This document shows positions 19,978 through 29,571 of a DNA stretch of 64,000 nucleotides, in pieces; position 1 is the first letter of the stretch; the number at the start of each line of letters is the position of its first letter. The DNA lies in contig CAWANJ010000003.1 of the NCBI GenBank assembly GCA_963783385.1, positions 96,001-160,000 on the forward strand. The letters are read 5' to 3'. The notes under the pieces are model-generated. The model searched no databases. It saw only the letters and a program-made list of their open reading frames with translations, and had not been told where the DNA came from. The position numbers and the translations under genes were made by a program. Origin of the DNA: an uncultured Gemmatimonadales bacterium (GTDB taxonomy: Bacteria; Gemmatimonadota; Gemmatimonadetes; Palauibacterales; Palauibacteraceae).

Positions 19978-20640
19978 CTACAGGGTCCGCGTGCACAGGT
20001 ACCAGTCCACGCACTCCAGCCCGGGTGTGGCCACCCGCTGGGCCGCCGCCTCCTGCGTGAGGGGCGGGGGCACGATCACCGGCTCGCCCTCCACCCAGTT
20101 GGCGGGCGTGGCGACCGCGCTTCGGTCGGCGACCTGGAGGGCTTTCACCAGGCGCAGGATCTCCTCCACGTTCCGGCCGGTGGTGAGCGGGTAGTAGATC
20201 ATGGCCCGCAGCGTCTGCCGGTCGTCGATCACGAACACGCAGCGCACCGTCTCCGTCCGGCTCTCGCCCGGCATGATCATGCCGTAGGCGATGGCCACCT
20301 GCCGGTCCAGGTCGGCGATCACCGGGAACTCGACCTTGACGCCCAGCTTCTCCTCGACGTTCCGCATCCACGCGATGTGGGAGTAGACGCTGTCGATGGA
20401 AAGACCGAGCAGCTCGCACTCGAGCTCGCGGAAGCGGGGAAGCGCCTTGGCGAAGGCCGCGAACTCGGTCGTGCACACGGGGGTGAAGTCGGCCGGGTGG
20501 GAGAAGAGGACGAGCCAGCTTCCGGCGAAGTCCTCGAGCCGTAGGGTGCCCTGGGTGGTCACCGCTTCGAAGGCCGGCGCCGGCTCTCCCAGGCGGGGGA
20601 GACGCGGCGCGGCGGCGCCGTTTCCATCCGTCGTCATCAT
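19978..20640 (-). CDS. Prx6-type peroxiredoxin
   Basis: FSHPADFTPVCTTEF, YYPLTTGRN, ATPANW, C-terminal CVDWYLC. Confidence 0.93.
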   Translation of the reverse strand: MMTTDGNGAAAPRLPRLGEPAPAFEAVTTQGTLRLEDFAGSWLVLFSHPADFTPVCTTEFAAFAKALPRFRELECELLGLSIDSVYSHIAWMRNVEEKLGVKVEFPVIADLDRQVAIAYGMIMPGESRTETVRCVFVIDDRQTLRAMIYYPLTTGRNVEEILRLVKALQVADRSAVATPANWVEGEPVIVPPPLTQEAAAQRVATPGLECVDWYLCTRTL

Positions 20641-20788
20641 GGCGGTTCTCCTGCGCCCACCGTCGATCGGGCGCGCACGCGTGGTGGCATTTCAGGGATG
20701 TACCTCAACATGGCGAGACAAGGACCGCGGGGCTGTCGGGAGGGGCCGGGAGCCGGGTGTAGGGAGAAGCCCGCGCAGCGGTGCGCTC

Positions 20789-20825
20789 TTGCACGGCACG
20801 CCGGATTACGTCTACAATCGTAGTC
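20789..20825 (+). promoter_or_regulatory. Sigma70-like promoter overlapped by BlaI/CopY-type operator 1
   Basis: TTGCAC-N18-TACAAT; operator ACGTCTACAATCGTAGTC at 20808-20825. Confidence 0.7.
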
Positions 20826-20920
20826 ACATGCCGTGACCCCGGGTTCATCGCCGGGAGCCCGAGCCGCCCGCGAACCGTATTCGAGCCGAAGTTCTCACAC
20901 AGGACGGGAGCGGAAGGACC

Positions 20921-22709
20921 GTGATCTCTACAACGACGAATCGAGCGCTGCACGAGCTGGTCGGCGCGACCGTGATCGCGATGTCCCTGATCGCGTGGCC
21001 ATCCCCACGGCCGGCCGCTGCCCAGGACGTCCCGAGCTCGCGCGAGACCTATGCCCAGCGACTGGTGGATCACATGGTCGCCGCGCACGCCGACCTCGGC
21101 AACGTGGAGCTCGCCATCCAGTCCGGCTCGAGCTGCGCGACGCTGGCCGCCACGGAGCGGGCCTCCGACGTGGGCGAGAAGTGCGACGCCGACGAGTACG
21201 GCCCGATCCGGACCGGGAAGCCGAACGTCGAGAAGCCCACGGCGGCAGGACCCGATCTACGACATCACGCAGGCGCTTCACGACGCGTCCGGCCACCTTA
21301 TCGGCGCCGTGGGGATGGATATCGCCCCTCCGAAGAGCGGAGGGGAGGCCGCCGCCGTGGCCCGTGCCCGCGTGCTGCTACGCGAGATCGAGAGCCAGAT
21401 CCCGTCGGCCGCCGCTCTCCATCGGGCGGTGTCGCCCGGAATCACGAAGGACTCCGCGGCGGCCGTGGCCCGGTCGAAGGTGCCGAACGGCACCATCCGG
21501 AGCGGGGAGTTCGAGCGGGAGGAGGGGCACTGGGTCTACTCGTTCGATCTGAACGTGCCCGGGGAGTCGGGCGTGCGACGAGGTACTGGTGGACGCCGAC
21601 GACGGCCAGGTGGTGTCGCTCCAGCACGAGAGTGCCGGCGCGGAGGCGCGGGAGGCCGCGCAGGAGACGCAGGGGTCCGAGGCGGGTGAGAAGGCAGAGG
21701 CCGGCGAGAAGATCGAAGCCGGGGAGGCGGACGAAGCCAGATGAGGAGGGCGCCGGCTATCACGTCGCCCGGAACTTCACGCTCGGCGGAGAGGGTGGCT
21801 GGGACTACCTGTCGCTCGATACGGCGAGCGACCGCCTGTTCATCGGTCGCAGCGACCGCGTCATGGTCGTCGATCCGGTCGAGCGGCCGGGTGTCGGAGA
21901 GGTCTCCGGGCTCGACCGCGCTCACGGGGTCGCGTTCGATTACGCCGCGGGCCGAGGGTTCGCCACGTCCGGTGCCGACAGCACGGTCGTCATCTTCGAC
22001 CTGACAGAGCCTGAAGGTGGTCGGCCACACATCCGTGAACGTCGATGACGACGCGATCCTGTTCGATCCTGCCACCCGGCACGTCTTCACGTTCAACGGC
22101 GATGCGCACACGGCCAGCGTCGTGGATCCCGTGTCGGGAAGCGCGGCTCGCGACCATCGACCTGGGCGCCAAGCCGGAATTCGGCGTGCGCGGACGGCCA
22201 GGGGCACGTGTACGTGAACCTCGAGAGCACCTCGCAGATCGCGGAGATCGACCCGGTGGCCATGAAGGTCCTGCGCAAGTGGCCGCTCGCGCCCTGCGAA
22301 TCCCCCTCCGGCCTCGCGATCGATCCCGTGCACCACGTCCTGTTCAGCGGGTGCCACAACCAGGTCATGGCCATGTCCGACGCCGTGGCGGGGCAGGTGG
22401 TCGCTACCGTTCCCATCGGCCGCGGCGTGGACGCTTGTCGCTACGACGCGGGCACCGGCCTCGCCTTCGCCTCCACCGGCGACGGGGCGATCACGGTCAT
22501 CCGGGAGGATGGCCCGACGAAGTTCCACGTCGTCGGGACCGTGAAGACGCGGGAGGGCGCCCGCACCATGGAGCTGGATCCGAAGACGCACCGCCTGTAC
22601 ACCGTGACCGCCCGGTTCGGGCCCGCGCCGCCGGCCGGCCGCCGGCCAGCGCCGCCGGCGCCCCCCGATCGTCCCCGGCAGCTTCACGCTCCTGGTGCTC
22701 GAGCGCTGA
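20921..22709 (+). CDS. Secreted multidomain protein (Cache/PDC-like + PepSY + acidic linker + YVTN/YncE beta-propeller), multiple frameshifts
   Basis: Signal peptide (AAA-Q); LHDASGHLIGAVGMD; PepSY EFEREEGHWVYSFDL/DEVLVDADDGQVV; propeller GGWDYL, AHGVA, PEF, LAPCESPSG, GARTMELD; domains joined across frames. Confidence 0.65.
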
Positions 22710-22761
22710 CCGCGGCGGCTCGGCCCGTCGAGGACTGCGCTCGGTGGGGGGAACCTGCCAT

Positions 22762-22779
22762 GACTACGGTTGTAGACGT
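22762..22779. promoter_or_regulatory. BlaI/CopY-type operator 2
   Basis: GACTACGGTTGTAGACGT, reverse complement ACGTCTACAACCGTAGTC, matches operator 1 at 17 of 18 positions. Confidence 0.7.
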
Positions 22780-22920
22780 TTAGGGTCATCGAACCCGAGG
22801 AGGTCGACACGAACGAGCGTGGTGGGCGGGAGGCAGCCGCCGATCTTCAAGCGGTCCTTACGAGCGTTACGAGCGTGGCTCCGAGGGCCCTAGCATGAGC
22901 ATCCCGTTCTCCGGTGGGCA

Positions 22921-23634
22921 GTGGACACGAACCGATTCACGGTAGTCATACCGGCGTACAACGAGTCCGAGACGATCGGATCCGCCATCCGATCCGTCCA
23001 GGACCAGCGACTCGCCGAGGGCGACCACCTCGAGATCATCGTGGTCGACAACAACTCGCAGGACGACACGGCGCTCGTGGCCGCGAGCTGGCTGGGCCCG
23101 ACGGGCCGGGTCCTGACGGCCATGGAGCAGGGCCCCAACTTCGCCCGCCAGTGCGGATTCCAGGCGTCGACGGGGTCGATCATTGCGTTCCTGGATGCGG
23201 ACTGCACGGTGCCCCCCACCTGGCTAGCCAGCATCGGTCGGGCCATCGGGTCCGGAGCGTGCGCCGTCTCGGGACCGGTGTACTATACGTTCGAGAGTCG
23301 CTGGGCGGCGGCGATCAGCCGGCCGTACGCCTCGCTCGTGGTCCCGATGGTGCCGTGGATCGCCCGCTGCCTGACACGCAAGCCGGCGGCGGTGCTGGCG
23401 GGGGGCAACTTCGGCGCCGCCCGCTGGGCCCTGGAGGCGATCGGGGGGCTCCCCCCGGTGCCGTTTTGGGGGGATGATGCGCGAACCGCGATGCTACTGG
23501 CGCGCGAGGCCGGCAGGGTCCGGTTCGCGCGGGACGTGTATGCGTACACCTCGCCCCGTCGCTACGAGCAGGACGGGCTGCTGATGCTCAACGTTCGGTA
23601 CGCGGTGTCGTACTTCCAGGCGGCGTTCCAGTGA
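22921..23634 (+). CDS. Glycosyltransferase family 2
   Basis: VVIPAYNE, IIVVDNNSQD, AFLDAD, GGN, TSPRR. Confidence 0.9.
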   Translation: MDTNRFTVVIPAYNESETIGSAIRSVQDQRLAEGDHLEIIVVDNNSQDDTALVAASWLGPTGRVLTAMEQGPNFARQCGFQASTGSIIAFLDADCTVPPTWLASIGRAIGSGACAVSGPVYYTFESRWAAAISRPYASLVVPMVPWIARCLTRKPAAVLAGGNFGAARWALEAIGGLPPVPFWGDDARTAMLLAREAGRVRFARDVYAYTSPRRYEQDGLLMLNVRYAVSYFQAAFQ

Positions 23635-23704
23635 TCGCGCGGCCGGGCGTCGGAGCGGGATGCGTCCGTCGCGTCCATCTTCCTCCAGCGGAGGGTAGAG
23701 AGCC

Positions 23705-24127
23705 ATGACCGAATCGAGGTTTGGACCGCAGACCCCGGAGCTCACCGATCTACAGCTCGCCATCCTCGGCGTGCTGTGGGAGGAGGGAGAGGCCACGGTC
23801 AACGACGTGCGCGAGCGCCTCGATGAGCGGCGCCCCATGGCGCGGACCACCGTCGCCACCTTGCTCTCCCGTCTGGAGGACCGGGAAGTCGTAGGGCACC
23901 GGGAAGAGGGACGGGAGTATGTCTACCATCCTCTGGTGTCGGAGGAGGAGGTTCTGCGCTCGCGCGTGGACGCGCTGGCCGAGAACCTGTTCGATGGGGA
24001 CGTGCCGACCCTCGTGAGCCACCTGCTCGACGTGGGTGACCTGCGTCCCTCGGAGCTGGACCGTGTCCGGCGACTGATCGAGGAGAAGGAGGCCCGGATG
24101 CTCGCCGAAGGCCGAAGCGAAGGATGA
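23705..24127 (+). CDS. BlaI/MecI/CopY family repressor
   Basis: LTDLQLAILGVLW..ATV..V, MARTTVATLLSRL, GREYVYHP, LFDGD..LVSHLL. Confidence 0.92.
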   Translation: MTESRFGPQTPELTDLQLAILGVLWEEGEATVNDVRERLDERRPMARTTVATLLSRLEDREVVGHREEGREYVYHPLVSEEEVLRSRVDALAENLFDGDVPTLVSHLLDVGDLRPSELDRVRRLIEEKEARMLAEGRSEG

Positions 24128-25332
24128 TGCACCTGCTGGCTCGCGCATCGGGGATCCTATCCGCGGGCGTCGTCAGCTGGCTGCTCACCTACCTTCTCCA
24201 CAGCACCCTCCTCCTGGGGGGCACGTGGGTGCTCCTGCGCCTCCGTCCCATGCGGCCGGAGTGGGAGGAGACGCTGTGGAAGCTCGCGACCTTCGGGGCC
24301 CTGATCACGGCGACCGCCCACTCCCTGCTGGACTGCGATCCGTTCGTGGACTCGTGGAATCCCACCCGCTTCCATCCCGGCGCCGGCCACGTGGCGAGCA
24401 CGGCCCTGGCATCGGATGCGGGGGCCGTCCTTCACCACTGGCTCCTCGCGCTCACGCTGGTCTGGCTCACGGGGGCGGTGATCCGCCTCGCAGAGCTCAC
24501 CCGCCGGCAGCGCCGGCTGCTGAGAGCGCTGGCCGGTCGCCGGCCGGCCGGGGGCGAGGTGCTCGACGCCCTGCGGATCGTGGCCGGCGACCTGGCGGCC
24601 CGGGTCCGGACCCGGCTTCGCCTCACGACGCTCAGGGGCCTCCGGACGCCACTGGCGCTCGGCCGCCGGGAGGTCGTCGTGCCGCACGACCTCGCCGCGA
24701 AGCTCGACGACGCGCCACTGCGGGGCGTCCTCGCGCACGAGGTGGCGCACCTGGTCCGAGGCGACCCGCTGTGGGCCCTGGGGGCGGGGGTGGTCGAGGC
24801 CGTGTGCTTCTTCCAGCCGCTGAACCGCGTGGCGCGCCGCCGGCTGGCGGAGCTGGCCGAAATCCAGGCGGACGGCTGGGCCGTGCGGCGCACGGGCGCC
24901 CCGCTGGCGGTGGCCCGCGGCCTGGAGGGTGTGGCCCGGCACCTGGCCGAGGGCGTTCGCCCGGCGCGCCCGGGCGTGGCGGCCATGGGCGAAGGCCGGC
25001 TCGGCCTGGTCGAGCGGATCCTCCGCATCCTGGAGCCGGATCCCGCCGAAGCCCGGCCCGTGGGCCATGCCCCGCGCCTGGGGCTGGCCGGTGCGGTTCT
25101 GCTCATCCTCCTCCTCGCGGCCCCCTCGTTCAGCTCCATCCACGATGCCGACGACGACGCGAGACGCGCTTCCGACACGGCCGTGCGGATGCGGGCGTCG
25201 ACCGAGTCCGGCGGCACGCGGCTTATGACCTCGGGATCCGGGCAGCCGCGGCCGCGCGTGTCGACGCCGGCCGGATGGGACTCCCCGACGCGGTCGGCGG
25301 GTTCTCCGCCCCCCTCCATCCAGCGGAGTTGA
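24124..25332 (+). CDS. M56 (BlaR1-like) membrane zinc metallopeptidase without a penicillin-binding sensor domain
   Basis: YLLHST, VLAHEVAHLVRGD, FFQPL, AEIQADGWA, LVERILRIL; short low-complexity tail. Confidence 0.88.
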   Translation: MMHLLARASGILSAGVVSWLLTYLLHSTLLLGGTWVLLRLRPMRPEWEETLWKLATFGALITATAHSLLDCDPFVDSWNPTRFHPGAGHVASTALASDAGAVLHHWLLALTLVWLTGAVIRLAELTRRQRRLLRALAGRRPAGGEVLDALRIVAGDLAARVRTRLRLTTLRGLRTPLALGRREVVVPHDLAAKLDDAPLRGVLAHEVAHLVRGDPLWALGAGVVEAVCFFQPLNRVARRRLAELAEIQADGWAVRRTGAPLAVARGLEGVARHLAEGVRPARPGVAAMGEGRLGLVERILRILEPDPAEARPVGHAPRLGLAGAVLLILLLAAPSFSSIHDADDDARRASDTAVRMRASTESGGTRLMTSGSGQPRPRVSTPAGWDSPTRSAGSPPPSIQRS

Positions 25333-26048
25333 TGCCGGTGCGGCCCGGCACCGCGGCGGCGCTCGGGGCCGCCGTGGGCGGCGTGGGAGCCCTGGCGTGG
25401 GCCGCGTACGCCCCCAACGCACGGTTGTTCGGACCCGTCGTCGGGCGAGGGGATCCCCGGCGGCGCGAGCTGTTCCTGACCTTCGACGATGGACCCGACC
25501 CGGACACGACCCCCCGGATCCTGGCCACCCTGGACGAGCTGGCCGTTCCGGCCGCCTTCTTCGTGATCGGGGCCCGTGCTCTCCGGCTTCCGGGTCTCGT
25601 CCGGACGGCGTGCGAGGCCGGACACGAGATCGGAAACCACACGTACGGCCACGCCAAGCTGCACCGGGCGGGCCCGCGCCGTATCCGTAGCGAGCTGCTC
25701 CGGACCCACCACATCCTGCGCCGCCTGACCGGCCGGGCGCCCACCACCTTCCGGCCCCCGCACGGCTTCAAGAACCCGTTCGTGGCCAGGGAGGCGCGGC
25801 GCCTGGGTTACCGGACCTTCGGGTGGAGCGTGGACGTGCGGGACTATTGGCGCCCCGGCGCGGAGGTCATCCGGCGCCGGGTCCTGGGCTGCCTCGCGCC
25901 GGGCGCGATCCTGCTGCTGCACGATGGCGACGGGGAGCATCCGGGGGGCGACCGGGGTCAGACCGCGGACGCCCTCCCCGGCATCATCCGGGAGGCCCGG
26001 GCGCGCGGCTACACCTTCGGTCGCCTGGCGGAGCTGATCCCGGCTTGA
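25332..26048 (+). CDS. NodB/CE4 polysaccharide deacetylase, membrane-anchored
   Basis: LTFDDGP, GNHTYGH, FRPPHG, DYW, ILLLHDG; ATG overlaps upstream stop. Confidence 0.9.
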   Translation: MPVRPGTAAALGAAVGGVGALAWAAYAPNARLFGPVVGRGDPRRRELFLTFDDGPDPDTTPRILATLDELAVPAAFFVIGARALRLPGLVRTACEAGHEIGNHTYGHAKLHRAGPRRIRSELLRTHHILRRLTGRAPTTFRPPHGFKNPFVAREARRLGYRTFGWSVDVRDYWRPGAEVIRRRVLGCLAPGAILLLHDGDGEHPGGDRGQTADALPGIIREARARGYTFGRLAELIPA

Positions 26049-27043
26049 AGGCCCATTGGAAGCGGTGGATCGTGTGGGCTCTCGTGCTCGGGGGGCTCGC
26101 CCTGGCCGCCCGCGCCATGCAGCACTTTCCATGGAGCCAGGTATGGGGCACGCTGGCCGGAGCCAGGCCCGGCTGGATCGCCGTCTCCACGGTTCTGGCG
26201 GTGCTCTCCCTGCTCGCGAAGGGAGGGGGCTGGCACCTCCTCATGACCGGAGGCCGCGCGGCCGGGCTCCGCGAGTCCGAGCGGGCCCACATGCTGGGCG
26301 CGGCGGCCATGGCTCTGACCGTTTCGGTGGGCGCGGAGGCCGTGCGGGTGGGCGCGGTGGTCCCGCGGCTCGGCGTTCCGGTCGGCCGCGCGGTGGCCGC
26401 CGCGGCCTGGTCCAGGATCGCCGAGACGATCTCCCTGGTCCTCCTGCTGCTTCCGGCCGCCCTCCTCACGATGCCGCCGGACTTCCAGCACCTCCGCCTT
26501 CCGGCTATCGCGCTGTCGGTGGTGGCCATGGTCGTGGTGGCGCTCCTGCTCGCGCCCGGGCTCCGGCGCCGGCTCCTGCTTCCGGCGCTCCTCAGGAAGT
26601 TCCCGGAACGCTGGAGGGAGCGGGTCGGCGAGGTGGCGTCCGTGGGTGGCGGGCGGCCCATGAGCGAGGCACTGGCTCTGGCCATGCTGAACTGGCTGCT
26701 GCAGTGGGGTTCCTACGACGCGGGCATGCTCGCCGTGGGAATCCACGTCCCCCTGGCCGCCTCCCTGGCGGTGATCGTCGCCGTGAACCTGGGAGGGCTC
26801 TTCCACCTCACGCCGGGCAACGTCGGAGTCCTGCAGGCGGGAACGGTCCTGGTCCTCGGCGCGTTCGGCGTGGCGGCGGCGGACGCGCTGGCCGCCGGTC
26901 TCCTGCTGCAGGCGGTGCAGACGCTGCCGCCCATCCTCATCGGGGTGGCGCTGGTCGGCCGTCCATGGAAGGTTCTGCGGGAGTTCGGGTCCGCGGACGG
27001 GGACGGCGATGCCTCGAGCTCCGGCCCTGTCGGTGTGCTGTAG
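26045..27043 (+). CDS. Lysylphosphatidylglycerol-synthase TM-domain (flippase-like) protein
   Basis: TTG overlapping upstream stop; about eight TM helices; GAEAVRV, TPGNVGVLQ. Confidence 0.75.
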   Translation: MKAHWKRWIVWALVLGGLALAARAMQHFPWSQVWGTLAGARPGWIAVSTVLAVLSLLAKGGGWHLLMTGGRAAGLRESERAHMLGAAAMALTVSVGAEAVRVGAVVPRLGVPVGRAVAAAAWSRIAETISLVLLLLPAALLTMPPDFQHLRLPAIALSVVAMVVVALLLAPGLRRRLLLPALLRKFPERWRERVGEVASVGGGRPMSEALALAMLNWLLQWGSYDAGMLAVGIHVPLAASLAVIVAVNLGGLFHLTPGNVGVLQAGTVLVLGAFGVAAADALAAGLLLQAVQTLPPILIGVALVGRPWKVLREFGSADGDGDASSSGPVGVL

Positions 27044-27094
27044 CCGCTCCGGGGACCGGATCCGTCCGAACGTCGCGTTACGGCCTTGCCGCGC

Positions 27095-27112
27095 ACGTCT
27101 ACAACTGTAATA
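27095..27112. promoter_or_regulatory. BlaI/CopY-type operator 3
   Basis: ACGTCTACAACTGTAATA containing a perfect TACA-NN-TGTA; TTGCCG -35-like hexamer at 27086. Confidence 0.7.
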
Positions 27113-27187
27113 CTCGTGCCGTGGTCGGCCGCAGGCGGGACGGGTGACAATCGGCGCATCGGCGCTGTCACGCTCGAAGGGGGACCG

Positions 27188-28501
27188 ATGAGGATCGCCG
27201 CGCTGTTCGCGCTCGCGGGGTGGCTGATCCTCGTCCCGGTCCCCGGCGCGGCGCAGGGGGGGACCCGGGCGAGGACGACCCCCGACTCGATCGGGGAATC
27301 GGGGCCGGCCGACACCCTGACCCTCGACCAGGCGCTGGCCGAAGCGCGCGCCGCCAACGCCCGGCTTCCGATCGCGCGCCTGGCCCTGCAGCAGTCGCTG
27401 GACCGGCTGCGCCAGGCCCGTGGATCCCTGTGGCCCCGGCTGTCGCTGGGTGGGGACTTGCACCCCGGCACGCCCCGCACCTACGAGAGCAGCGACGCCA
27501 GGCTGCAGGTGGTGGCCTACGCGCCGCTGTACGAAGGGGGCGCGCTGCGGGCCGCCGTCGGGGCCGAGCGGGCCCGGACGCGGGCGGCGCGCGCCGACGT
27601 GCGCGTCGCGGTCAAGGACGTCGAGTTCGCGGTCCGGGCGGACTACGCACAGTACCTGCGGGACAAGCGGGAGGTCGTCCTCCAACGCAGCGGCGTGGAG
27701 CGCCTGGAGCGCTACCTGGCGGAGGTCCAGTCGCGCCATGCCTCGGGCCAGGGCGTGGGCGCCGACGTCGTGAAGACGCGGGCGCAGCTCCTCCAGGGGC
27801 GCGCCGACCTGGATGCGGCCGAACACGCCCTGACGGAGATGCGCATGGAGCTGAACGACGTGCTCGGACGCGACCCGGACGCCCCCCTGGCGCTGGCGCC
27901 GTTGCCGCGGCCTTCGACGCCCGTCCCGGACACGACTCTGACGCCGTGGACCCTGACGCCCGACGTGCGGAGCGCCCTTGCATCGGTGAGCGCTGCCGAA
28001 GCCGATCTGTCGGGGGCGCACTCCCTTCGGCTCCCCCACCTGGACCTGAGCGTGGCGGGTGGCGGCCAGGCGGCCCTGGTGGATCCGGCGCCCGCCCTCA
28101 TGAACGACGGGCGCGGCTGGGGAGTGGAGGCCATGCTCTCCCTGTCCCTGCCGCTGTGGAGCCACGGCGTGTACAGCGGGCGGGTCGACGAGGCCCGGGA
28201 CGCGCTGGCGCAGTCGCGTCAGGTCGTCGAGGCCACGCGCCGTGCCGCTCGCCTCGAGTACGACCGCTCGTCCGCCCTCCTGCGCGCCCGCTACCACGAG
28301 ATCCAGATTCGCGAGCAGGCCCTCGAGTCGGCCCGGGACGCCTACCTGCAGTCCGAGAGCGTGTACCGGGGCGGATCGGGGAGCGCCCTGGATGTCCTCG
28401 ACGCTTACCGCACGTGGCTGGCGGCGGGTCAGGCTCACGAGAATGCCGTGCTGGACTACCGCGTGGCCCGGGCCCGCGTGCTGCGCTGGGGGGCCCCGTG
28501 A
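27188..28501 (+). CDS. TolC-family outer membrane efflux protein
   Basis: Signal peptide, LTLDQAL, two OEP repeats, YRGG.GSALDVLDA. Confidence 0.88.
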   Translation: MRIAALFALAGWLILVPVPGAAQGGTRARTTPDSIGESGPADTLTLDQALAEARAANARLPIARLALQQSLDRLRQARGSLWPRLSLGGDLHPGTPRTYESSDARLQVVAYAPLYEGGALRAAVGAERARTRAARADVRVAVKDVEFAVRADYAQYLRDKREVVLQRSGVERLERYLAEVQSRHASGQGVGADVVKTRAQLLQGRADLDAAEHALTEMRMELNDVLGRDPDAPLALAPLPRPSTPVPDTTLTPWTLTPDVRSALASVSAAEADLSGAHSLRLPHLDLSVAGGGQAALVDPAPALMNDGRGWGVEAMLSLSLPLWSHGVYSGRVDEARDALAQSRQVVEATRRAARLEYDRSSALLRARYHEIQIREQALESARDAYLQSESVYRGGSGSALDVLDAYRTWLAAGQAHENAVLDYRVARARVLRWGAP

Positions 28502-29571
28502 GCGGGCGGCGCTGGCCGGGCGGGGCTTCCGGACCCGGCGTCTCGGGACGGCCACGCCCGTTCATGACGGCCGTCGTCCTCGGGCTCGTGGCGGCGGGGC
28601 CGGCCGCGTGTGGGGGCGGAAGCGGGGCGAGCGCCGCCGCGGACTCGGCGTCGGCCGGGACGCCCTCCGCGATGGGCACGGCCGCCGACTCGTCGGCGAC
28701 GCCGGTCCAGGTCGATACGGTCGCCGTTCGGGACATGGAGGAGAGCGTCGGGGCGCCGGGCGAGACCCGGGCCCTCCGCGAGACGCGCGTCCGCGCCCCG
28801 TTCACGGGTCGCCTCACGACGCTATCGGTGATGGACGGCGATCCCGTGCGGGCCGGTGACACGGTGGGGGCGGTGGTGTCCCGGAACAGCGAGGCGGCGC
28901 TCGAAGGCGCCCGGGCCATGCTGGCCGACGCGAGGACGGCCCCGGACAGTGCCGACGCGGAGCGGGCCCTGGAGCTCGCCCGAGGCGGCCTCGTGCGCCG
29001 TGCGCTGCGTGCTCCCGCCACGGGGGTGGTGCTCTCCCACGCCGCCAGCGCCGGGGACCTGGTCGACCAGGGAGAGACCCTCGTCACGATCGCCGACCGG
29101 TCGTCGATCGTGTTCGTGGTCCAGCTCGCGCAGTCGGACGTGCCGAAGGTCCGACCGGGCCAGGCGGCGCGCATCCAACTGACCGCCGCGGCCGAACCCC
29201 TCCCGGGGAGAGTCCACGACATTCTCCCGGCGGCCTCGAGCGGCACGTTGAGCGTGCCGGTGCGGATCGATTTCGCCGGCGGACGAGCGCCGGTCGCGAC
29301 GGGCCTGTTCGGCCAGGCGTCCATCGTCGTCGCCGTCCGCAGGCAGGCGACCGTCGTCCCCGCGGCCGCGGTCCTGCGCGACGACGTGTACGGGACGACG
29401 AAGGTGGCGACGGTGTCCGGCGGCCGGGCCATCTGGGTGCAGGTGCGCACGGGGCTCCAGCGCGGCGACACGGTCCAGATCGAGTCGCCGCATCTGGCGG
29501 TCGGCAGCCGGGTGATCGTCTCCGGGCAGGTGGGCCTGCCCGACAGCACCCGGGTGCGGATCCAGCCGTGA
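28498..29571 (+). CDS. RND membrane fusion (adaptor) lipoprotein
   Basis: Lipobox-like PAAC, VRAPFTG, LRAPATGVV, VPAAAV, G.RVIVSGQ; start GTG 28498 or ATG 28564. Confidence 0.88.
   Translation: MSGRRWPGGASGPGVSGRPRPFMTAVVLGLVAAGPAACGGGSGASAAADSASAGTPSAMGTAADSSATPVQVDTVAVRDMEESVGAPGETRALRETRVRAPFTGRLTTLSVMDGDPVRAGDTVGAVVSRNSEAALEGARAMLADARTAPDSADAERALELARGGLVRRALRAPATGVVLSHAASAGDLVDQGETLVTIADRSSIVFVVQLAQSDVPKVRPGQAARIQLTAAAEPLPGRVHDILPAASSGTLSVPVRIDFAGGRAPVATGLFGQASIVVAVRRQATVVPAAAVLRDDVYGTTKVATVSGGRAIWVQVRTGLQRGDTVQIESPHLAVGSRVIVSGQVGLPDSTRVRIQP

Noticed and set aside
23705-25332. Classical beta-lactamase induction system
   Set aside because: No beta-lactamase or PBP gene nearby and no SxxK sensor domain on the M56
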